The position numbers were made by a program, and so were the translations under genes. Shown one piece after another: positions 29,594 through 39,088 of a DNA stretch of 64,000 bases; position 1 is the stretch's first letter, and every line of letters begins with the position of its first letter. The stretch is from assembly GCA_963776345.1 (NCBI GenBank), contig CAVZMH010000015.1, forward strand, positions 448,001 through 512,000. Direction: 5' to 3'. The notes beneath the pieces are model-generated. The model ran no database searches. It saw only the letters and a program-made list of their open reading frames with translations, and was not told the origin of the DNA. Source of the stretch: an uncultured delta proteobacterium. GTDB lineage: Bacteria > Myxococcota > Myxococcia > Myxococcales > Myxococcaceae.

Positions 29594-30860
29594 TCAGAAC
29601 GGGTGCGCCCCATGCGCGCCGATCGCGACTTCCAGCTGAAGATACGTCGCATAAGCCTCCGGTCCGGAGAAGATCGATTGCCCGGCCGCCGGGGTCGTCT
29701 CGCGCTCCCCGTAGAGCCGGAGCCGCGCGAACTCGCTGAAGACGAAGGTGAGGCTCAGGCTCGTGCGCTGGACTCGCGGCTGCAACGTCGACTCGGGGAC
29801 ACCGAGGAAGTCCTGCCGCACGCCCAGGAGCCACCGCCGCGCCAGCTGGAAGACCAGCTGGGTGTAGAGGCCTCCATCCTGGGCAACCGCCTCCCCCGCG
29901 GTCAGCGGCTGCACCTGGCGCAGGAAGTATTCCGTCGTCCACGCCAGGCTGAAGTAGCCGTCCACGACGTTGGGCGGCTTGTACTTGAGATAGAGGTCGA
30001 CGCCCTCGATCGAGGTCGACGCGCCGTCACGCGGATAGGTGCTCTTTCCGAACGCTGCGTTGAGCCCACCGTAGAGGCTCAGCGCCTCGGTCACCGGCAC
30101 GAAGACCTTCAGCTCGGTGGTGTAGGTGAGGTCGGTTCGCTTGCCGCCGCCGAAGCTCGTCAGGTGACCGGTGTCCTCGGGGCGGCCAACGCTGAACGAC
30201 CTCCGCGCTGAGCTGCAGGAAGAACGAGGTGGGAAACAACCACGACACCTGGACCCCGGGAGAGCGCAGACCGTCGATCCCCAGGAAGGCCTCGTTGATC
30301 AACGGGCGGCGGGTGAAATCCTGGAGGTGCAGGTGCTGACCGTTCTGCCGGCCGAAGGCCGAACGAAAGACGCCTGCGCGCACCTGGAAGCCGGCCGGCA
30401 AGCTGGTGGTCGTCACCACCGCCTCCTCGACCTCGAGCCCCTCGAGATTGGGAATGGTGAGGAAGACGTCGGCGCGAAAGAACGGATCCACCACCGCCTG
30501 GAACGCGATCTCCAGCTCCTGCAGCGTGAAGCCGGCTGGTCGGTCGGAGGAGCCGCCTTTGAGGTCGGGGTCATCACCGGCGAGGCTGTAGCTGCGCTTG
30601 GTGGCGTAGCCGGCCGTCCCGTCGATGATGACCGAGAGGTCGGGATTGAAGCTCTGGAAGGCCCGCGCCGTCGGGCTGCTCGGGGCCGCCGGGGCGGCGC
30701 GCGGCCCCGTGGTGTCGCTCGCCGCGGCATCGATCTCCTCGAGAAGCGAGGGTCCGGTGCCGCCGTCGACCTGCCCACCGGCTCCCGCGTCCTGCGCACG
30801 AACAGGGACGGCGAGCGCGCCGAGCAGGAGCGCCACCGCCTGGAAGAGACCACCTCTCAT
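29594..30860 (-). CDS. Zinc-uptake-associated outer-membrane beta-barrel protein, one apparent frameshift near 30200
   Basis: Signal peptide; NPDLSVI, LQELEIAFQAVVDPFFRAD, FGRQNGQHLH, C-terminal FSEFARLRL..IGAHGAHPF. Removing one base near 30200 joins the two frames (E-S-F-S-V-G-R-P-E-D). Confidence 0.8.
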
Positions 30861-30895
30861 GCGTTCGAGTCCCTCGCCTCTCATGCCCCCCGGGC

Positions 30896-31765
30896 TCACG
30901 ACTGTCGACCGACCCGGGTCTCCACCAGCCGCTTGAGACCCGCGATGCCCCAGATGCCCACCCCCAGCGCCACCATCACCGAGCCGGTGGGGAGAGACAG
31001 CGTCCATGACAGCGCGTACCCGCCGGCGGCGGAAGACACCGCGATCAGCACCGCGAGGAGGAGCACGGTCCGGAGCCGTTCGGAGAGGAGCAGCGCTGCT
31101 CCACCGGGAAGCACCAGGAGCGAGAAGACCGGCAACGCCCCGAGCGCACGCGTCGCCACCGCCACCGCCACCGCCAGGGAGAGGTGGAGCACCAGCTCCA
31201 CCGTCCGCACCGGCACTCCGGACACCCGCGCAGTGTCGGGATCGAACGAGGCAAAGAGGAAGGAACGAAAGAGAACGCCGTGCACCAGGAGGATGAGGAG
31301 CGCGGCGAAGCCGAGGTTCCAGAGGTCCTGCCGTCGGACCACCACCGCGTTGCCGAAGAGGAGGTCGCCGATCTCGTGCGCTTCCTGCGCGATCCGCGGG
31401 CTGGCGAGCACCAGCAGCACGAAGGCGCTCGCCCCCAGGTAGGCGAGCGCGACGGCGCTCTCGGGGGTCACCCGCCGCGAACGGGCCGGCATGGCCATCG
31501 CCGCGGCCCCCAGGCAGGCGAAGACCAGCGCCCACAGCGACGGGTCGAGCCAGAGAGGGGTCTCGCCGTGAGGCATGATGCCGGCGAAGCTGCCGACGAG
31601 AAAGGCGACCGCGACGCCAAGGCCCGACACCTGGCTCAGGGCTGCGCTCATGAAGACGATCCGGCGCAGCACCACGAAGAAGCTCAGGTAGCCCAGCATC
31701 GCCGAGGCGAGCACCGCGGCGAGCATCGGCTCTTCCCAGAGGAAGCGGGCATCCCAGAAGCTCAA
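30896..31765 (-). CDS. Metal ABC transporter permease (ZnuB family)
   Basis: VVLRRIVFMSAALSQ, LLFGNAV, SFDPDTARVSG, LGALPVFSLLVLP, LPTGSVMV. Confidence 0.92.
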   Translation of the reverse strand: MSFWDARFLWEEPMLAAVLASAMLGYLSFFVVLRRIVFMSAALSQVSGLGVAVAFLVGSFAGIMPHGETPLWLDPSLWALVFACLGAAAMAMPARSRRVTPESAVALAYLGASAFVLLVLASPRIAQEAHEIGDLLFGNAVVVRRQDLWNLGFAALLILLVHGVLFRSFLFASFDPDTARVSGVPVRTVELVLHLSLAVAVAVATRALGALPVFSLLVLPGGAALLLSERLRTVLLLAVLIAVSSAAGGYALSWTLSLPTGSVMVALGVGIWGIAGLKRLVETRVGRQS

Positions 31766-32541
31766 ACGGCGGTGCCTCCATCACCGTTGGCCGAGAGCCA
31801 GACGAACACCCGCCCGTTCTCGTGGCGCACCTCGACCGGGCGACCGTAGAGCGCGGTCATCCCCTGGGAGGTCACCACCTCGTGCGACGGACCGAGGGCG
31901 AAGTACCCCTTCGCGCCGTCGAGCAACACCACGGTCCTCGCGAACTCGGCGGCGGCGGAGATCTCATGGGTGACGAAGACCACCCCCATGTTTCTCCTGG
32001 TGGTCAGCGAGCTGGCCATGGAGAGCAGGGCATGCTCGGCGGCGGGGTCCATGTTGCTCGTCGGCTCGTCGAGCACCAGGAGCTCGGGCTCGCCGGTGAG
32101 CGCCCGGGCCACCAGCACCCGCTGCTGCTGGCCGCCGGACAGCGAGCGAAACGGCTGCCGCGAGAGTGACTCGAGCCCCACCGCCTCGAGCTCGCGCCGG
32201 GCGATCTCGACGTCCTTCTTTCCGGGCCGACCAAGCAGACCGAGCTGCGAGGCCCGCGCCATCAACACCACCTCCAGCACCGAGAGTGGGTAGGCAAAAT
32301 CGAACCGCGCATTCTGTGGCACATACCCAAGGCGGGGCGCACGGCCCATCGGGTAGCGCACCTTCCCCTCGAGCGGAGGCAAGAGCCCGAGCAGCGTCTT
32401 GAGGAACGTGCTCTTCCCCGCCCCGTTGGGCCCGAGAATGCCGACCAGATCTCCGCTGGCCACCGCGAAGGAGACCGGTGGCAGGAGCGGCCGCCCCCGA
32501 TGGTAACCGATCGCGACGTCGTCGAAGGCCAACAGGTTCAT
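31762..32541 (-). CDS. Metal ABC transporter ATP-binding protein (ZnuC family)
   Basis: [31 protein letters not shown]. Confidence 0.93.
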   Translation of the reverse strand: MNLLAFDDVAIGYHRGRPLLPPVSFAVASGDLVGILGPNGAGKSTFLKTLLGLLPPLEGKVRYPMGRAPRLGYVPQNARFDFAYPLSVLEVVLMARASQLGLLGRPGKKDVEIARRELEAVGLESLSRQPFRSLSGGQQQRVLVARALTGEPELLVLDEPTSNMDPAAEHALLSMASSLTTRRNMGVVFVTHEISAAAEFARTVVLLDGAKGYFALGPSHEVVTSQGMTALYGRPVEVRHENGRVFVWLSANGDGGTAV

Positions 32542-32577
32542 GGATGGCCGACGCTCAGGGGCCGGAGCGGACCTTAT

Positions 32578-33747
32578 TCAAGTGTTCCCGGCCAGGCGCG
32601 TCCAGACGACGTCGTACGGGCAGCTGCAGTCCGTCTCCTCGGGCTCCGGGTAGACGTACGGCTCGCCGCGGTAGTTCCGGAAGACGGTCTCGTGCCCGCG
32701 GCGCTCCACGACGTACTCGGGCTGGAGCGTCACCTTCCCTCCCCCGCCCGGGAGGTCGACGGCGAGGTGCGGCACGGCGAGCCCGGTGGTGTGGCCGCGG
32801 AGCTGCTCGAGGATCGCGACCCCGGCCGAGAGCGGCGTCCGGAAGTGCTCGAGCCCCTCGGCCACGTCCATCTGGTGCAGGTAGTACGGCCGCACCCGCG
32901 CTCGGAGCAGCGCGTGGTTCAGCTCCTTGAGGATGCGCGCGTCCGAGTTCACCCGGCGCATGAGCACCGACTGGTTCTCCACCGGGACGCCGTGATCGAC
33001 CAGCCGCTCACAGGCGGCGCGCGCCTCGGCGGTCAGCTCCTTCGGGTGGTTGAAGTGCGTGACGACGAAGAGGGGCGCGTGGCGCCGGAGCAGCCGCGCC
33101 AGCTCCTCGGTCACCCGCATCGGGAGCGTCACCGGGACCCGGGTGCCGATCCGGAGCATCTCCACGTGCGGAATCGCCCGGAGCTCCCCGAGCAGCGCGT
33201 CCAGGCGCTCGTCGACCAGAAGGAGCGGATCACCGCCCGAGACGAGCACGTCCCGCACCTCGGGGTGGGCGCGCACGTACGCGATGCCCTCGGCCCAGGC
33301 GTCGCGGCCGAGCACCGCCTCCCCGCCGTTGGTGATCCGGCGCCGGGTGCAGTGCCGGCAGTACGTCGAGCAGCTGTCGAGCGCGAGGAAGAGCACCCGG
33401 TCGGGGTACTTGTGGACGATGGCCGGCACGGGCCGGTGCGGGTCCTCGCCCAGGGGGTCGCGCAGCTCGCCCGGACGGATGCGTGCCTCGGCCCTCGTGG
33501 GGATCGCCTGCATCCGCACCGGGCAGAACGGATGCTCGCGGTCGACGAGCGCCAGGTAGTAGGGCGAGATGCCCAGCCGGAACAGTTCGCGCGTCTCCTC
33601 GCAGCCGCGCCGCTCGTCCTCGGTCAGCGGCACCAGGCGCGCGAGCTGCTCGAGCGAGCGGATGGAGTGGCGCATCTGCCACCGCCAGTCGCTCCACTGC
33701 GCCTCGCTCGCCTCGGGGAAGAGGCTGCGCCAGTCCGGGCTCCGCAT
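32578..33747 (-). CDS. KamA-family radical SAM aminomutase (canonical lysine 2,3-aminomutase type)
   Basis: WSDWRWQ, DPLGED, HKYPDRVL, CSTYCRHCTRRR, SGGDPL, RIGTRVP, THFNHP, NQSVL, YYLHQMD, VDLPGGGGK. Confidence 0.93.
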   Translation of the reverse strand: MRSPDWRSLFPEASEAQWSDWRWQMRHSIRSLEQLARLVPLTEDERRGCEETRELFRLGISPYYLALVDREHPFCPVRMQAIPTRAEARIRPGELRDPLGEDPHRPVPAIVHKYPDRVLFLALDSCSTYCRHCTRRRITNGGEAVLGRDAWAEGIAYVRAHPEVRDVLVSGGDPLLLVDERLDALLGELRAIPHVEMLRIGTRVPVTLPMRVTEELARLLRRHAPLFVVTHFNHPKELTAEARAACERLVDHGVPVENQSVLMRRVNSDARILKELNHALLRARVRPYYLHQMDVAEGLEHFRTPLSAGVAILEQLRGHTTGLAVPHLAVDLPGGGGKVTLQPEYVVERRGHETVFRNYRGEPYVYPEPEETDCSCPYDVVWTRLAGNT

Positions 33748-33761
33748 CGCGCTCTCGTCGC

Positions 33762-35174
33762 TCAGGCCCTGGCCTGCTGGCGCCACCACTCCTGGCCCGA
33801 CTCGGGCAACGTGTACACCGGGTCGTAGTACTCGTACCGGCGCTCCAGCGCGTGCGGGTCCGTCAGCTCGATGCCGGTGAGGTAGTTCTTGGTCCAGTAC
33901 GAGATGCCGTGCTCGCGATCGTACTCGGCCACCTGGTGCACCCAGCGCTTCCCGACGAACGGCACGTCACAGACGATGCGCGGGGTCGCGAACCCCGGCA
34001 GGTAGCCCATGATGTCGTGCTGGAGCTGCTGGGCCTCGGCCACCGACGTCCGCCAGTGCTCGGAGTTGGGGATCATGTCGCACATGTAAAAGTAGTACGG
34101 GAGGATGTGCGCGTGGTCCTGGAGCGTGAAGCACAGCTCCAGCAAGTCCTTGGCCGTCGCGTTCACCCCGCGGAGCAGCACGCCCTGGTTCCGGATGTCG
34201 CGGAAGCCGGCGTTCAGCACCGCGTCGGCCGCCTTCTGCACCAGCGGGGTGAGCTGCCGGGCGTGGTTGACGTGGGTGTGGAGCGCGAGCTGGACGCCCC
34301 GCTCGAACGCCTTCTTCGAGAGCCGGACGAACCCCTCGAGCACCTTCGGCTGCAGGAAGTGCTGCGGCAGGCCCATGAAGGCCTTCGAGGCCAGACGGAT
34401 GTCGCGGATGTTGGGGATGTCCAGCAGCTGCGAGACGAAGCCCTCCAGCGTCTGGATGGGCAGGTTGGCCACGTCGCCGCCCGAGACGACCACGTCGCGC
34501 ACCCCCGGCGTCCGGCGGAGGTACTCGAGAATCTTCTCGTACCGCTCGGGCTGGGGGAGCGCGAAGCGGTGCTTCTCCACCTGGGGCACGTCGTTGCCCA
34601 CCAGGTCCATGCGGGTGCAGTGCCCGCAGTACTGCGGACAGGTGGAGAGCATCTCCGCCAGCACCTTGGTCGGGTAGCGGTGGGTGAGCCCCTCCACGAC
34701 CCACATGTCCGCCTCGTGGAGGCTGTCGCGGCTGGCGCGCGGATGGTTGGGCCAGTCGGTGCGCCGGTCGTCGAAGGCCGGGAGCATGTACCTGCGGACC
34801 GGGCAGTGCCACAGGTCCTCCAGGTCCATGGTGTTCAGCATCTGCGGCGGAAGCAGGATCGACATCGTCGCCCGCTCGCGCTGGTCCCGGTCGATGCTGG
34901 TCAGCAGCGTGTCGGGAATGAGCGCGCCGAGAGCATCCTTCAGCTCCCGAAGGTTCTTGATCGAGTGCCGGCGCTGCCAGAGCGCGCTCTCCCAGTCGGC
35001 CCTGGAGGCCGAGCGGTAGCCGGGGATGCGGGTCCAGTCCGGCTCCCGGAACTCGCGCTGCAGCGGGTAGACGAACGGCTGTGGCGCGGTCGCGGCCACG
35101 GGCGGGCGGCCGGCCCCGGGGGCGGCATCGCCGGCGCGCACGGGCGCGGGATGGTTCAGGGGCTTCACGTCCAT
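33762..35174 (-). CDS. KamA-family radical SAM aminomutase (divergent subtype)
   Basis: HRYPTKVL, CPQYCGHCTR, SGGDVAN, HTHVNH, NQGVLLRGVN, YYFYMCD, CDVPFVGK. Confidence 0.92.
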   Translation of the reverse strand: MDVKPLNHPAPVRAGDAAPGAGRPPVAATAPQPFVYPLQREFREPDWTRIPGYRSASRADWESALWQRRHSIKNLRELKDALGALIPDTLLTSIDRDQRERATMSILLPPQMLNTMDLEDLWHCPVRRYMLPAFDDRRTDWPNHPRASRDSLHEADMWVVEGLTHRYPTKVLAEMLSTCPQYCGHCTRMDLVGNDVPQVEKHRFALPQPERYEKILEYLRRTPGVRDVVVSGGDVANLPIQTLEGFVSQLLDIPNIRDIRLASKAFMGLPQHFLQPKVLEGFVRLSKKAFERGVQLALHTHVNHARQLTPLVQKAADAVLNAGFRDIRNQGVLLRGVNATAKDLLELCFTLQDHAHILPYYFYMCDMIPNSEHWRTSVAEAQQLQHDIMGYLPGFATPRIVCDVPFVGKRWVHQVAEYDREHGISYWTKNYLTGIELTDPHALERRYEYYDPVYTLPESGQEWWRQQARA

Positions 35175-35246
35175 GAGATGAGCGGTCCTACTACAGAACG
35201 TGGAGGCCGGGGCCCAGGGGAGCCGGCATCCTCGCCGTCCGACCGG

Positions 35247-35942
35247 TCAGTCCCTCAGCCCGCCCACCCGGAACATCAGCTCGAGGAAGAGGCCGTGGAT
35301 GCCGAGCCCGCGGAGGGGGAGCGCGAAGACCGAGCCATCCCGGAGGCGGGCCGGCACCGAGAGCTGGACCAGCTCCTCGTGCTCCTCCATGCCCTGGCCG
35401 CCGCAGCGCCGGCAGGGGAACGGGCCGATGGCCCTGGCCCCGTGGCAGGACCGGCAGGGATAGAAGACGGGCACGGCCAGCTCGAGCAGTCCGCCGCGGG
35501 CGGCGCGGTCCGGCGGGAGCACCACCTCCAGCCGGAGCGGCTCGGGCCGCTGCGACTTGGGCAGGTCGGGATGGGTGAAGCTCCGGCGGAACCGGCTGGC
35601 CACCTCGTCGATGCCGGGGCGCCGGACGGCGAAGTCACGGAAGAGCGAGATGGGCGCCGGCACGAGCGGCTCGGGCGGCGGCCAGGCGGCGGGGGTGAGC
35701 GGCGGACGCGGCTCGACGCTCCGCTCGCCTCCGTCCCGCAGGCCGGCGTCGTAGGACGCCCGGCGATCCGGATCGGAGAGGACGCGGTAGGCCTCGATGA
35801 GGTCCTGGAAGAACGGCATCCCCTGCGAACCGGCGCGGTCGGGGTGGTAACGGTGGACGAGCTCGCGGAACGCGCTGCGGATCCCGATCGACGACTCGAG
35901 CGGATCGACCCCCAGGACGACGTAGTAGTTCCTGGTCTCCAT
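35247..35942 (-). CDS. DnaJ-domain protein with partial Zn finger
   Basis: NYYVVLGV, YHPDR, EAYRVLSDPDRRASYD; CRSCHG and CRRCGGQG. Confidence 0.88.
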   Translation of the reverse strand: METRNYYVVLGVDPLESSIGIRSAFRELVHRYHPDRAGSQGMPFFQDLIEAYRVLSDPDRRASYDAGLRDGGERSVEPRPPLTPAAWPPPEPLVPAPISLFRDFAVRRPGIDEVASRFRRSFTHPDLPKSQRPEPLRLEVVLPPDRAARGGLLELAVPVFYPCRSCHGARAIGPFPCRRCGGQGMEEHEELVQLSVPARLRDGSVFALPLRGLGIHGLFLELMFRVGGLRD

Positions 35943-36106
35943 CGACCCTCCGACGGGCCGAGCGACCGACCCTCGGCGCGCGGCGAGCGCCACTCCCAGC
36001 TGTGGCGATAACGCAGCCGGTGCTCGTGTCAAGCGACGCCCCGGACTGGCCACTGCGGACCGCTTGTTGCACGGCCAGAGGCCGCAACCGTCACAAGGAG
36101 CAGTCC

Positions 36107-36712
36107 ATGGGCAGCATCCTCGTCGTCTACGCGACCCGGGAGGGGCAGACCCGGAAGATCGCGGAGCGCATCGCCACCGTCCTGCGGGGCTCGGGGCACG
36201 TCGTCGAGCTGATCGACGCCGAACGGACGCCCCCGACGCTCAAGGTCGAGCGCTATCAGGCCGTCTTCATCGGCTCCCCCGTCCGCGCCAGTGGATACCT
36301 GCGCTCGGTGGTCCGGTTCGTCCGGGAGCACCGCTCGGCGCTGCAGCAGCTCCCGACGTGTTTCTTCTCGGTGGGGCTCGCGGTGCTGAGCAAGGTCAGC
36401 GACGGCCGCGCTCAGACGCTGGAGATCGTCGAGAAGTTCGTGGTCGAGACCGGCTGGCGTCCGCATCAGGTGGAGCTCGTCGCCGGCGCCCTCCCCTACT
36501 CGAAGTACAACTTCCTGGTTCGCTTCGTCATGCGGCGGATCGCCCGCAAGGAGGGCGGAGACACTGATACCTCGCGTGACTACGAGTACACGGACTGGCC
36601 CGGGGTGGACCGCTTCGCCACGGCGTTCGTCGCGTCGGCGCTGGGCAAGAGCGCACCGTCGGTACCGGCGATGCCCCTGGCCGTCCAGGGGCGCGAGGTT
36701 GCACGGGCATGA
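36107..36712 (+). CDS. Flavodoxin-domain protein (HemG-like protoporphyrinogen oxidase)
   Basis: ILVVYATREGQTRKIA, FFSVGL, AGALPYSKY, DTSRDYEYTDW; AAGGAG RBS. Confidence 0.88.
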   Translation: MGSILVVYATREGQTRKIAERIATVLRGSGHVVELIDAERTPPTLKVERYQAVFIGSPVRASGYLRSVVRFVREHRSALQQLPTCFFSVGLAVLSKVSDGRAQTLEIVEKFVVETGWRPHQVELVAGALPYSKYNFLVRFVMRRIARKEGGDTDTSRDYEYTDWPGVDRFATAFVASALGKSAPSVPAMPLAVQGREVARA

Positions 36713-37167
36713 GCGGGTCCCTGCCCGCCCGGACGAGGCACGCCCTCCAGAGCTTCCCGGACCTGGACGAGGCGCCGGGCCATGCCGAGGCGTGGCTCGT
36801 CGCCGTCCGGGGGCTCGACGCGGCCACCGCCCTCGACGAGAAGACGCTGCACCTGGCGACCACCGCCGTGCTCGTGGCGATGCGCCTGGCGGAGGAACTC
36901 CCTCTGCACGTCCAGCTCGCGCGTGAGGCGGGCGCCTCGCGCATCGAGGTCGCAAGCGCGGTGCTGCTGGGCCTGCCGGCCGGGGGGAACGCGGTTCTCG
37001 AGGCGTTGCCGGTCGCGCTCGAGGCGTACGATGCGGCCGGACCCACCCCGGCCGATGGAGCGCAAGCGGTGCGCCCCGCTCGAGGCAGTGCGCATCGATT
37101 GCGGAAAGCTCACTCGAAGCGGAGCGCGTCGATCGGATCCAGGCGCGCGGCCTTTCGCGCCGGATAG
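36709..37167 (+). CDS. Carboxymuconolactone decarboxylase (CMD/AhpD-like) family protein
   Basis: ALDEKTLHLA, LHVQLAREAGASRIEVASAVL; ATGA overlap with the upstream gene; the C-terminal tail overlaps the convergent permease. Confidence 0.75.
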   Translation: MSGSLPARTRHALQSFPDLDEAPGHAEAWLVAVRGLDAATALDEKTLHLATTAVLVAMRLAEELPLHVQLAREAGASRIEVASAVLLGLPAGGNAVLEALPVALEAYDAAGPTPADGAQAVRPARGSAHRLRKAHSKRSASIGSRRAAFRAG

Positions 37168-38341
37168 AGCCCGAACACCACGCCCACCAGGGCGCTGAAT
37201 CCGAGCGAGACCAGGACGGTCGCCACCCGGATGATGGTGGGCCAGTGGAACTGGTGGGCCAGGAGCAGCGCCGCTCCGATGCCCACCGCGATCCCGATCA
37301 CTCCGCCGCCGGCCGAGAGAGCCAGCGCCTCGGCCACGAACTGGGCCAGGATGTCCCTCGGCTTGCCGCCCACCGCCATGCGGATGCCGATCTCCCGCGT
37401 CCGCTCGGTGACGCTGACCAGCATGATGTTCATGATCCCGATGCCGCCGACCAGCAGCGAGACGGCGGCGATGCTGGCCAGGAGCGTGGTGAGCACTGCG
37501 GTGCCCTGCGCCTGGGCGCTGGCGATCTCCGAGAGATTGCGAACCGAGAAGTCGTCGTCGATGCCCGGGCCGAGCCGGTGCCGGTCGCGAAGCAGACCCG
37601 CGATCTGCTGCTGCGCGCGGCCGGTGGCGTCCGCGGACACCGCGCCGACGAAGATGACTCCGGCGAGGAACTTGGTCAGCCCGCCCTGGACCTTCGACTG
37701 GAAGGTGGTGACCGGAAGAAGGCGGTGTCGTCGTAGTCCGCCCCATCGGAGACTGGCCCTTCTTCGCCAGCACGCCGATGACCTGGTACGGCACCATCTT
37801 GATCCGCACCGTCCGCCCCACCGGGTTAGCGCCGGCGCCGTAGAGCTTCTCCACCACCGTCTGACCGAGCAGCACCACCTTCGGCCCCGGCGCTCACGTC
37901 CTCGGCCGAGAACTTCTGGCCCGACGGACGACGGGCCAGCTGCGAATCTGGAAGTAATCGGGCGTGGTGCCGACCACGCAGGTGGTCCAGTTCTGGTCCT
38001 CGGCCTGGATGACGGCCGCGGTCCGGATCACCGGCGCCGCGGCGCGGCACCGCGCTGAGCTCGCTCTGGATCGAGCGCAGGTCGTCCCAGGTCAGCGTGG
38101 GCTGACTTCCGAACCCGCCCTGCATACCGCCGGTCGCCGAGGAGCCGGGGAGGACGATCAGGAGGTTGGTGCCCATCGCCTCGAAGGTCTGCTGGACGCG
38201 GAACTTCGCCCCCTCCCCGATGGCGGTCATGGCGATGACCGCCGCCACCCCGATCACCACGCCCAGGGTGGTCAGGAACGAGCGCATCTTGTTGCGCCCG
38301 AGCGCTCGCCCCGCCAGACGCACCAGGGTGGAGGCCCTCAT
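37110..38341 (-). pseudogene. MacB-type ABC transporter permease with several frameshifts
   Basis: [66 protein letters not shown]. The coding frame switches about 5 times between 37710 and 38050. Confidence 0.85.
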
Positions 38342-39079
38342 GCGCTCGCCTCCGCCGCGGGCAGGGGGAACATGGCGGGATCGGCCCGCAGCGGCGTCTG
38401 GCGCCGGTCGGCGAGGATACGTCCGTCGCGCATCGAGACCATCCGCCCGGCACAGCGGCCGATGTCCGCCTCGTGGGTGACCAGGAGGATGGTGACCCCC
38501 GCGCGGCCCAGCTCCTGGAAGATCTGCATCACCTCCATGCTGGTGCGGGTGTCGAGCGCGCCGGTGGGCTCGTCCGCGACGATGAGCCGCGGGTCGTTGA
38601 CCACCGCCCGGGCGATGGCCACCCGCTGCTGCTGCCCGCCGGAGAGCTGGTTGGGCGCGCGGCTGGCCTGGTCGGCAAGGCCCACCCGGTCGAGGGCCCG
38701 GAGCGCGCGCTCCTGCCGCTCGCGCGTGCGGAGCCCCGCGTAGACCAGCGGCAGCTCCACGTTCTCCAGCGCGCTGGTGCGCGGCAGGAGGTTGAAGTGC
38801 TGGAACACGAAGCCGATCTGCCGGTTGCGGACCTCGGCCAGCGCTGGCCCGTGACAGTCCGCCCATCTCGGCCCCGGCGAGCCGGTAGGTGCCGGAGGTG
38901 GGCCGGTCGAGGCAGCCCACGATGTTCATCAGGGTCGACTTGCCGGAGCCGGACGGCCCCATCACCGCCACGAACTCGCCTTCGTCGATCCGGAGGTCCA
39001 CGTGCTGGAGCGCGGGGACCTCGACCTCGCCCATGCGGTAAATCTTTCTGACGTCCTCGAGCGAGATCAGCGGCGCCAC
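38338..39079 (-). pseudogene. MacB/LolD-type ABC ATP-binding protein, frameshift near 38850
   Basis: GPSGSGKST in one frame; [31 protein letters not shown] in another. Confidence 0.85.
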
Positions 39080-39088
39080 GGCAGGCCT

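Noticed and set aside
32542..32577. Zur/Fur box upstream of the metal ABC ATPase
   Set aside because: No AT-rich palindrome is present.
32578..35174. EpmB (EF-P beta-lysylation) assignment for either KamA gene
   Set aside because: No efp/epmA is adjacent, and the lengths and C-terminal PLP-lysine motifs fit LAM-type rather than EpmB as I recall it; cannot be fully excluded without HMMs.
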